This document shows, in pieces, positions 57,009 to 64,000 of a DNA stretch of 64,000 bases. The stretch covers positions 164,827-228,826 of the forward strand of contig JAHCRE010000016.1 in NCBI GenBank assembly GCA_020148145.1, given 5' to 3'. Source of the DNA: Patescibacteria group bacterium. GTDB taxonomy: Bacteria; Patescibacteriota; Minisyncoccia; Minisyncoccales; JAHCRE01. Every line of letters begins with the position of its first letter. Within the stretch, counting starts at the first letter, position 1. The notes beneath the pieces are model-generated. The model was given only the letters and a program-made list of their open reading frames with translations. It was not told the origin of the DNA and searched no databases. Both the position numbers and the translations under genes were made by a program.

Positions 57009-58234
57009 GGTATAAAAATTTTAAATATTTTCTTTAATTTAGAAATGATACCTTTTCCGAAACTAAAAGAAGGCCCTTCGCTTTCCAGATCAGCTCCCAG
57101 AAGAACTAAACCACAGACAACAGATAATGCGGGGTCCTCTTGGGAAGGAAAAAATCCCTGGGGTGTCCCAATCCGAGCAGGTAATTTTAATTCTTTTTTG
57201 GCCAAATCAACAATTTTTGGCAATTTCGCCCCTCCACCGGTTAAAACCACCCCTCCGGGAAGAAGTTCTTTACGAGCAATTTTCTTTAATTCTTTGTTAA
57301 TTTCTCCAAAAATTTCAGAAACTCTAGCTTCAATAATTCCTACAAGCATTTTTTTGGAAAAGATTAACGGCTCCTTTTCTGATATTACTTCAATCTTTTC
57401 TTTTCTCCGAGGAAAGGTTTTTTTAGTAGTTTTTTTTAAAAGACAGGAGCCAAATTCTAACTTTATTCCTTCGGCTGTATCGATATCGGTTTTTAAACCA
57501 ATAGCAATATCATTGGTAATATGAGCAGATCCAATTGGAAGAATGGTGGTATGAATTAAATCTCCTTCTTCAAATACAGCCAGCCCAGTTGTTCCCGCTC
57601 CAATATCCAAAAGAGCCACCCCTAATTCTTTTTCTCGAGAAGTCAGGACTGCTCTGGCGCTAGCTAAGGGAGACAAAACTAAATCATCGATTTGAAAACC
57701 AGAATTTAAAACTGCCTTGGTTAAATTTTTTAGATAAGGAGAGAAGCCACAAAGAACTAAAACCTCGGTCTCCAGTCTTACCCCTTCCATTCCCAAAGGT
57801 TCTTTTATTCCTTTTTCTCCATTAATAATAAATCCTTTAGGAAAAACGTCTAAAATTTCTCGATTCGAAGGCAAGGAAAGGGTCTGGGCAGCTTGAATTA
57901 CTCTTTCAATGTCCTCTTGGGAAATTTTTTGATCAGCCCGAGAGACAGAAACAAGACCATGGGAAGAAGTAAGAGAAATATGGCTTCCCCCAATATTGGC
58001 ATAGACTGAATTTATTTTTTTATTAGAAATCTCCTCAACTTTTTTAAAAACCAAAGGGATAATTCTCGCCACCTTTTCAATACCAATCACCACTCCTTTT
58101 CTAACTCCAGCCGAAATTTCCTCGGCCTTTCCTAAAACCTCAAGATTTTCTTCTCCAGATTTCTTTTGGGCAACTAAGGTTTTTATTTTTCCTGTCCCAA
58201 TATCTAAGCCAGTTAGAAGATATGTCTTTGGCAT
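57005..58234 (-). CDS. ftsA: Cell-division protein FtsA (actin-like ATPase)
   Basis: LTGLDIGTGKIKTLVA N-terminal phosphate-1 motif; located directly upstream of ftsZ. Confidence 0.85.
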   Translation of the reverse strand: MPKTYLLTGLDIGTGKIKTLVAQKKSGEENLEVLGKAEEISAGVRKGVVIGIEKVARIIPLVFKKVEEISNKKINSVYANIGGSHISLTSSHGLVSVSRADQKISQEDIERVIQAAQTLSLPSNREILDVFPKGFIINGEKGIKEPLGMEGVRLETEVLVLCGFSPYLKNLTKAVLNSGFQIDDLVLSPLASARAVLTSREKELGVALLDIGAGTTGLAVFEEGDLIHTTILPIGSAHITNDIAIGLKTDIDTAEGIKLEFGSCLLKKTTKKTFPRRKEKIEVISEKEPLIFSKKMLVGIIEARVSEIFGEINKELKKIARKELLPGGVVLTGGGAKLPKIVDLAKKELKLPARIGTPQGFFPSQEDPALSVVCGLVLLGADLESEGPSFSFGKGIISKLKKIFKIFIP

Positions 58235-58275
58235 ATTCCTTCGCCGCGTCAGGCGTGGCTCAATTAAATTAAAAT

Positions 58276-58716
58276 TTAATAAATTTTCAAAAGTTTAAGA
58301 TAGTACTTTTGCTTCTTTTCCGTTTTCTCAGCTTCTTTTTTACTCTTTTCATGATTATACCCTAAAAGATGTAAAATTCCATGGATTAAACAGGTAGATA
58401 ATTCCTTTTTAAAATTTGAGCCAAATCTTTTAGCATTTTTTTTAACTTCTTTAAGACAAATAATTATCTCTCCTAACGGATTTGCAATTGGTTGAATGAA
58501 TTTCTTTTTTAATTTTTTCTCAGGAAAAGATAGGACATCTGTTGTTCGATTTTCCCCTCGATATTCCTGATTTATTTTTTTTATTCTTCCCTGACCAACT
58601 AAGGCAATCGATAAATAATAATTTTTCTGACCTTCAGTTTCTAAAACTTTTTTGGTGACTTTCTTTAAAAAATTTTTGTTAATCGGAGTTAAAGTTAAAT
58701 TATTAATCTCAATCAT
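58276..58716 (-). CDS. ybeY: rRNA maturation endoribonuclease YbeY
   Basis: HGILHLLGYNHE zinc-binding motif. Confidence 0.85.
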   Translation of the reverse strand: MIEINNLTLTPINKNFLKKVTKKVLETEGQKNYYLSIALVGQGRIKKINQEYRGENRTTDVLSFPEKKLKKKFIQPIANPLGEIIICLKEVKKNAKRFGSNFKKELSTCLIHGILHLLGYNHEKSKKEAEKTEKKQKYYLKLLKIY

Positions 58717-58877
58717 GTCTCAATTTATTTAATTTAGCACATTTTTCAGGATTGGTAAATTCTTTTCTGCTTTTTGGGCTTATTTTGAAATGATTTAATA
58801 TTAAACCGACAAAAAACTAAAAACCAGGCTAAAGCCTGGTTTTTAGTAACGAAATCTTTAAAAAACTTCAATTCGTT

Positions 58878-59348
58878 TTAAGAAAGGTATGTTATTTTTT
58901 TAATTTTATAAACTATCTTTATTGGTGAAGAAACAATAACCTCCTCCCCCACTCTATGACCCAAAAGTGTCCTACCAACTGGAGACTCATTGCTAATTTT
59001 TCCAAGAGAAGGATTGGCTTCTAGGGGGCCAACAATTTTGAATTTATCGGTCCGGCCATCTACTTCAACTAAAACCGTTGCCCCTAAATTAACAACGCCT
59101 TGCTTTCCTTTTGGAGGAGTTTTAATTAACTTAAAATTTTTGAAAATGTTTTCTAATTCAACTATTCTGGACTCTAAAAAACTTAAATTTTCCCAAAAAG
59201 AAAAATATTCAGGGTTAAAATCCTCAGATTTTAAAAATTTCGGAGATTCCCCTTTAATTTTTAAAAGTCTAAGTTTTTTCAAGTCTCGATATTCTTTTTC
59301 TAATTTTTTCAATCCCTCTTTAGTTAGATAGAAATTTTTTTCTTCCAT
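58878..59348 (-). CDS. greA: Transcription elongation factor GreA
   Basis: N-terminal coiled coil plus C-terminal SPVGRTLLGHRVGEEV. Confidence 0.85.
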   Translation of the reverse strand: MEEKNFYLTKEGLKKLEKEYRDLKKLRLLKIKGESPKFLKSEDFNPEYFSFWENLSFLESRIVELENIFKNFKLIKTPPKGKQGVVNLGATVLVEVDGRTDKFKIVGPLEANPSLGKISNESPVGRTLLGHRVGEEVIVSSPIKIVYKIKKITYLS

Positions 59349-59610
59349 ATTCTATTTAAGGCAAGAACCTCCCGGGTCGGGAGGTTCAGTGGTTTGCTAA
59401 TATTTTTTTAATCTTTAATCTCTTCTTTTTTTACTACTAAACCTCCCAGCCAATTCTTTTTTTGTAGTGGTAATGGAAAAAATCCTCCCACCTGAGATCC
59501 AGCTGGTTAAATAGTTTAGAAGATCGATTTTCTTTATTTTCTTTATCATTTTCCAAAATTCTTTATTCAATTCTTCCTCTAAGTTAATAATAACTTACCA
59601 AAAACTCTTG

Positions 59611-60180
59611 TCAAGTCTCTTTCCATTTTTCTAACAATTCTTTAACAATTTTAGAAACTTTGCTTCCCTCTGCTCTTCCTTTAATCTTTGGCATTAAAAC
59701 TCCCATCACTTTTCCCATATCTCTAATGCCAACTTTTTCCCGCTCCGAAGGAGCGCCCGCTTCGCCTTGCGTTGAGCGAGGCGAGAGGCTCGCCTGTAGG
59801 GCGGCAATAATCTTCCCTGCCATATTTTTAATCTCTTTCTCTGATAGTTGTTCTGGTAAATATTTTTGCAAAACCCCAATCTCTTTTTTTTCTTTCTCTA
59901 CCAAATCTGACCTTTTTCCTTTTTCAAATTCAAAAATCGCTTCTTTTCTTTTTTTGATTTCAGAAGAAATCACCTCAATTATCTCCTCATTGGTTAATTT
60001 GCTTTCTTCAATCAATTCTTCTTCAGTTAATTCTTTTTCTTCTTTTGTCAGCTTATATCTCTTTTCTTTTTCTCTATTAATTATCGCCGCATTTAACATT
60101 CTCAATGTCCCAACCGTTATATTTCTTTTCTCTTTTAGAGTCTTTTTTAAATCAATTTGAATTTTTTCTCTCAAATTCAT
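59611..60180 (-). CDS. GatB/YqeY domain protein
   Basis: The C-terminus REKVGIRDMGKVMGVLMPKIKGRAEGSKVSKIVKELL matches the YqeY family. Confidence 0.8.
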   Translation of the reverse strand: MNLREKIQIDLKKTLKEKRNITVGTLRMLNAAIINREKEKRYKLTKEEKELTEEELIEESKLTNEEIIEVISSEIKKRKEAIFEFEKGKRSDLVEKEKKEIGVLQKYLPEQLSEKEIKNMAGKIIAALQASLSPRSTQGEAGAPSEREKVGIRDMGKVMGVLMPKIKGRAEGSKVSKIVKELLEKWKET

Positions 60181-60185
60181 ACAGT

Positions 60186-60407
60186 TTACTTTTTTAATTT
60201 ACCCAGCTTTTTTAATCTTTTATATTCTTTTTTTAATTCCTCTTTTCTTAAGGCTGCTCTTTTTTTAGCCTGCTCAGATTTTTCCCTTTTCTTAAATCTT
60301 ACTTTTCTTGCCTGACGCAAAATCCCGCTTTTTTTCACTCTTCTCGAAAAGCGGCGAATTAAACTGATAGAAGTTTCTCTCTTTTTTTTTCTTGCTTCTA
60401 AAGGCAT
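60186..60407 (-). CDS. rpsU: Ribosomal protein bS21
   Basis: MPLEA...SLIRRFSRRVKKSGILRQARKVRFKKREKSEQAKKRAAL follows the S21 pattern (MP...ALRRFKR..EK.G.L.E.R.R.Y.KP...RK). Confidence 0.65.
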   Translation of the reverse strand: MPLEARKKKRETSISLIRRFSRRVKKSGILRQARKVRFKKREKSEQAKKRAALRKEELKKEYKRLKKLGKLKK

Positions 60408-60408
60408 A

Positions 60409-60660
60409 GTGGTGATGCAAAGCGAAGTCGTTCCGCTTTTTAAAAACCCTGGGACGGGAGTTTCCGCAGAGCTAAGAACTCTCGCGTCCCTTCGGTTTTT
60501 AATATTTTCCTACACGGGGAAACCGGAAGGTTCTCCAGACGGGGCTTTCCGACTCAACCCGCTTCGCAGGTTTCGCGGAGAAGCCTCGCGTCTTGACCGA
60601 CCCCTCTCCGATTTGGGTTGTTATATTATTTTATGGCATTCCTGGGATATCCCTCTCTTT
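60409..60660. ncRNA. About 250-nt GC-rich structured island between rpsU and the HIT gene; candidate ncRNA or rpsU leader
   Basis: About 58% GC against a 30% background; no ORF support (the track ORF 60409..60681 is a low-complexity read-through); several hairpins (gaaaccggaaggttctc; cgcttcgcaggtttcgcggag). Confidence 0.3.
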
Positions 60661-60981
60661 AGCAGTTTTCCATCCAGCTAGTAAGTGTAAATGAAGATGA
60701 TCTATTAATTGTCCCCCTTTTTTGCCAACATTAATTATTAATTTATATCCATCTAAATTTTTCTCCTTGGCTATTTTTCGAGCAACTAAAAAAATTTCTC
60801 CAATTAATTCTTTATCTCCAAATTTCAAGTGATCTACTGAAGGAATATGTTTTTTTGGCAAAATCAAAAGATGAAAAGGAGCCTTTGGATGAATGTCTTT
60901 AAGGGCTATAACTTTCTCATTTTCATAGAGAATCTCAGACGGTACTTTTTTATTAATAATTTTACAAAAAAGACACTCCAT
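60631..60981 (-). CDS. HIT-family (histidine triad) nucleotide hydrolase
   Basis: DHLHLHLL histidine-triad motif; 116 aa. Confidence 0.85.
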   Translation of the reverse strand: MECLFCKIINKKVPSEILYENEKVIALKDIHPKAPFHLLILPKKHIPSVDHLKFGDKELIGEIFLVARKIAKEKNLDGYKLIINVGKKGGQLIDHLHLHLLAGWKTAKERDIPGMP

Positions 60982-60982
60982 A

Positions 60983-62284
60983 CTACTTTTTGAGTTTCTT
61001 TTTCATTTTTTCCACCACTTTTTCTAATTTTACTAATTCTTGCCTACCTGTTTCCATTGTTCTTATAATAATTGTTCCTTCCAGAGCCTCTTTTTGGCCA
61101 AGAATCAAAGTGTATTTTACTCCCATTTTATCAGCCCTGGATAGTTGGGCTTTTAAAGAATCTCTACCAAAAGATTCAGTAACTTCAACTTTAGCCTTTC
61201 TAAAATCTTCAAAAATCTTTAAACTCTTTCTTTTGGCTAAAAGGCCTAATTGGGCCAAAAAGATTTTAGGTTTAGAAGATAAAGGAAGTTTCGTCTTTTT
61301 TATCTTCATTAAATTTATAATTCTTTCAACTCCAGCCGCTCCCCCACAGGCAGGAGCCTCCTTTCCGCCCAAAATCTTAACTAAAGCATCATATCTCCCA
61401 CCCCCAATTAATGCTCCTTGGATTCTGCCTTCTTCACTATTTTCAGAAATTTCAAAAACAGTTTTAGTATAATAATCAAGGCCTCGAACTAAATAAGGGT
61501 TTAATTGATAAGGTAATCCCAACTCATCTAAAAACTCCAAAACTTCTCTAAAATGGGAATGGCATTCATTACAGAGATGATCGATTATTTGAGGGGCTTG
61601 AGATTTAATTGGCTGACACTTTTCTTCCTTACAATCTAAAATTCTCAGAGGACTCTCCCTGAGACGGCGTCGGCAGTTAGAACATAAACTGACTTCTCTT
61701 GATCTCAGATAGCTTACCAAAAGTTTTTTATAATAAGGTCGACATTGAGAATCTCCAATACTATTTACTTCAACTATTAAATTTTTGAATTTAAGATTTT
61801 TTAAAATATTATAGAAAATTTGAATAATCTGGGCATCAATTACTGGATTTTCTTCACCCAAAACCTCAAAGCCAAATGAATGAAACTGCCGAAGCCTCCC
61901 AGCTTGTGGTTTTTCATAGCGAAAAAAGGGACCAAAATACCAGAGCTTCACTGGTTGGGGAAGATTTTGCATTCCCTGTTCAATATAGGCTCGGACTACC
62001 GGGGCTGTTCCTTCTGGTCTCAAAGCCAAATAGTCTCCCCCTCTAGTTCTCAAAGTATACATTTGCTTCTGGACAATATCAGTGGAGATGCCTACTCCTT
62101 TTGAAAAAAGTTCTCTCTCTTCAAGAATTGGAGTATCTATTTTTTCAAATCTATAGAAATTAGCAATATTTTCAACTACACTATAAATCTTTCGAAAATA
62201 TCTCTGCTCAGTTAATAAAATGTCATGCATTCCGGTTGGAGCCTTAAATTTTGGTTTTCTAGGTTTTTTTGGATTTTTTTCCAT
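60983..62284 (-). CDS. hisS: Histidyl-tRNA synthetase
   Basis: Class II motifs, GGGRYDALV His-binding motif and the anticodon-binding C-terminal domain. Confidence 0.9.
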   Translation of the reverse strand: MEKNPKKPRKPKFKAPTGMHDILLTEQRYFRKIYSVVENIANFYRFEKIDTPILEERELFSKGVGISTDIVQKQMYTLRTRGGDYLALRPEGTAPVVRAYIEQGMQNLPQPVKLWYFGPFFRYEKPQAGRLRQFHSFGFEVLGEENPVIDAQIIQIFYNILKNLKFKNLIVEVNSIGDSQCRPYYKKLLVSYLRSREVSLCSNCRRRLRESPLRILDCKEEKCQPIKSQAPQIIDHLCNECHSHFREVLEFLDELGLPYQLNPYLVRGLDYYTKTVFEISENSEEGRIQGALIGGGRYDALVKILGGKEAPACGGAAGVERIINLMKIKKTKLPLSSKPKIFLAQLGLLAKRKSLKIFEDFRKAKVEVTESFGRDSLKAQLSRADKMGVKYTLILGQKEALEGTIIIRTMETGRQELVKLEKVVEKMKKKLKK

Positions 62285-62292
62285 AATTAAAT

Positions 62293-62856
62293 TTAGGGGG
62301 TTTCATAGACTGGCGTTTCAATCTTAGCCAAGGCAGTAAATGGCCAGGCCCGAAAGAATACTAGACCAACAATATTTTTCTTTGGTAAGGCCCCCCAACT
62401 CCTTGAATCAGAAGAAACATCTCGATTATCCCCTAAAACAAAGAATTCTCCTTTGGCTAAAGAAATTTGAGCATTTCCTTTAGTTTTTAAAAATTTGGGA
62501 AGATAACTCGATTCATCTAATATCTCGGTTATACCATTTTTCGATATTTTAACCTTTCCCTCTTTTATCTCTACCGTCTCTCCGGGAAGCCCAATGACTC
62601 TTTTGATAAAGCGCTGGGAGGGACTATTAGGAGATTTAAAAACTATCACCTCTCCTCTTTCAGGTGTTCTAAATCGATAAGAAATTTCATCAATAATTAA
62701 GTAATCGCCATTTTCAAAATTTGGTTCCATTGATTGTCCTTTAACTAAAAAGGGTTGAAATAAAAAATAACGAATAGGAACAACGATTAACAAGGCGATA
62801 ATAACAATTTTGACAATTTCCCAAAGAAAAATAAGAAAATTTTTCAACTTTTTCAT
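62293..62856 (-). CDS. lepB: Signal peptidase I
   Basis: GQSMEPNFENGDYL (Ser box), KRVIGLPGE (Lys box) and GDNRDVSSDSRSWG. Confidence 0.85.
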   Translation of the reverse strand: MKKLKNFLIFLWEIVKIVIIALLIVVPIRYFLFQPFLVKGQSMEPNFENGDYLIIDEISYRFRTPERGEVIVFKSPNSPSQRFIKRVIGLPGETVEIKEGKVKISKNGITEILDESSYLPKFLKTKGNAQISLAKGEFFVLGDNRDVSSDSRSWGALPKKNIVGLVFFRAWPFTALAKIETPVYETP

Positions 62857-62924
62857 ATTTTTTAATTATAGCATTAATTATAGCAAAATTTTTTATTTTG
62901 GCAATCTTTTTATATAATTAAGGA

Positions 62925-63515
62925 ATGACTTTAATTATCGGCCTCGGTAACCCCGGGGAGAAATACGCTAAGACTCGACATAGTCTTGGTTTTCGAATTG
63001 TTGATAAATTTAGAATGAGAAAAAAATTTTCCAGTTTTAAATTTTCAAAAAAAATTAATTCTCTAATTTCAAGGGGTAAATTTAATAAGAAAAAAATTAT
63101 TTTGGTTAAACCCCAGACTTTCATGAATAAATCAGGAAAAGCAGTAAAATTTTTAATTAAAAATTTAAAATTGAAAACTAGAAATCTTTTTGTAGTGCAC
63201 GATGACATCGATTTGCCCTTAGGAGAAACTAAAATTTCAATTGGCCGAGGCTCAGCCGGCCATAAAGGAGTTCAGTCGATAATTGACGAATTAGGTAGTA
63301 AAAATTTTGTTCGTTTCCGAATCGGAATAAAACCTAAACCCTATACCCTAACCCCTAAAACCCTAGAGAGTTTTGTTCTTAAAAAATTTAATAAAAAAGA
63401 GGAAAGAATTTTAAGAAAAGTTATTAAAAAAACAGTTGAAGCAATTGAAGTAGCCTTGAAAGAAGGAGTAGGAAAAGCAATGAATGAATTTAATAAACCC
63501 CGTCTGACGGGGTAA
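62925..63515 (+). CDS. pth: Peptidyl-tRNA hydrolase
   Basis: MTLIIGLGNPGEKYAKTRHSLGF and HDDIDLPLG; contains a Lys-rich insertion. Confidence 0.85.
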   Translation: MTLIIGLGNPGEKYAKTRHSLGFRIVDKFRMRKKFSSFKFSKKINSLISRGKFNKKKIILVKPQTFMNKSGKAVKFLIKNLKLKTRNLFVVHDDIDLPLGETKISIGRGSAGHKGVQSIIDELGSKNFVRFRIGIKPKPYTLTPKTLESFVLKKFNKKEERILRKVIKKTVEAIEVALKEGVGKAMNEFNKPRLTG

Positions 63516-63591
63516 ATAAAAAAGTCGAGTAAGATTTTTCTCACTCGACAAAAAAATGGGAGAAATGGAGGTTTTATCGCATTTTGATCCC

Positions 63592-63816
63592 CTATGCATT
63601 TCGTTTAAGATTATTTATAACCTCTTGGCTTTTTTTCTTCGCTTCTTCAGTCACTACTATTCCTGCTTCATAAAATGCTTGTCTTAATCTTAAATTCCAT
63701 TCTCTCGGAACATCCGCTCTACTGCATAATTCTGCCAAAGTCTCTAAATGACGTTTAGGGTCCTCTTTTAATAATTCAATTGCAACTCTATGTATTGATC
63801 TTTTTTCCTCAGGCAT
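63592..63816 (-). CDS. Hypothetical small helical protein
   Basis: 74-aa ORF, no recognised domain. Confidence 0.3.
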   Translation of the reverse strand: MPEEKRSIHRVAIELLKEDPKRHLETLAELCSRADVPREWNLRLRQAFYEAGIVVTEEAKKKSQEVINNLKRNA

Positions 63817-63952
63817 TTTCCATCACTCCTTTTTCGATTTTAAGAGAGCGTTTTGCCCTCCAGTCTATCTGCGAGCACTATGATTAATAAAGATTACTTC
63901 ACAACCATAGAACTTTTGGCTCATTAGGTTTAAGGAGGGATTACCTAGTTTT

Positions 63953-63987
63953 CACCTATTAAAATTTTAAGAAAATTTTAATAGGTG
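63953..63987. repeat. Perfect 16-bp-arm palindrome cacctattaaaatttt-aag-aaaattttaataggtg
   Basis: Direct reading of the sequence near the window end; an operator- or terminator-like hairpin. Confidence 0.7.
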
Positions 63988-64000
63988 GAGCCACTCGCAG

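Noticed and set aside
56536-61472. Plus-strand ORFs antisense to ftsZ, ftsA, greA, yqeY and hisS (56536..57015, 57045..57524, 58990..59331, 59660..60160, 60990..61472, 61880..62104)
   Set aside because: They are shadow ORFs on the opposite strand of strongly supported housekeeping genes.

Overview
The window is AT-rich (about 30% GC), very gene-dense and almost entirely minus-strand coding, with the overall look of a reduced CPR/Patescibacteria-like genome. The organism assignment is an inference.

Layout along the window:
- 1-9 kb: a cell-surface glycan locus (partial SAM methyltransferase, wecB, flippase, epimerase/dehydratase, dehydrogenase-like protein, sugar nucleotidyltransferase, O-antigen-ligase-like TPR protein). 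Three selfish/mobile-looking genes (GIY-YIG nuclease, Xis-like HTH, HNH/NUMOD3 endonuclease) are inserted between the dehydrogenase-like and nucleotidyltransferase genes.
- 9-14.2 kb: a 1139-aa surface protein with a peptidoglycan-binding domain, coded at much higher GC, under an adjacent ECF sigma factor / putative anti-sigma pair.
- 14.2-24.3 kb: a variable island. It holds a DeoR-HTH regulator, two ~175-bp direct repeats flanking a 1.3-kb segment, two TM-anchored unknown proteins, a DNA methyltransferase fused to an Mrr-like nuclease domain, and a run of small single-gene units, each bracketed by stereotyped GC-rich terminator/promoter modules.
- 24.3-35 kb: an envelope cluster of secreted proteins and lipoproteins (PKD-domain giant, beta-propeller, LolA-like, Cys-rich repeat protein, BNR protein), headed by lspA-lgt.
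- 35-45 kb: miscellaneous enzymes (menorin-like phosphodiesterase, PHP phosphatase, MetE-like, DUF523), plus an extremely AT-rich three-gene operon (Zn-ribbon protein, small TM protein, 754-aa 4-TM protein) of unknown function.
- 42-64 kb: housekeeping genes (clpB, htrA, dgkA, GT2, GH5-like, GH1, comEC, nrdG/nrdD, ftsZ/ftsA, ybeY, greA, yqeY, rpsU, HIT, hisS, lepB, pth).

GC-rich (55-60% GC) structured repeat families are scattered through the intergenic DNA. They include a ~130-nt leader-like element present three times and a 13-nt motif that occurs as a split palindrome around the GIY-YIG gene and as an intact palindrome elsewhere.

No bona fide tRNA, rRNA or CRISPR array could be supported.
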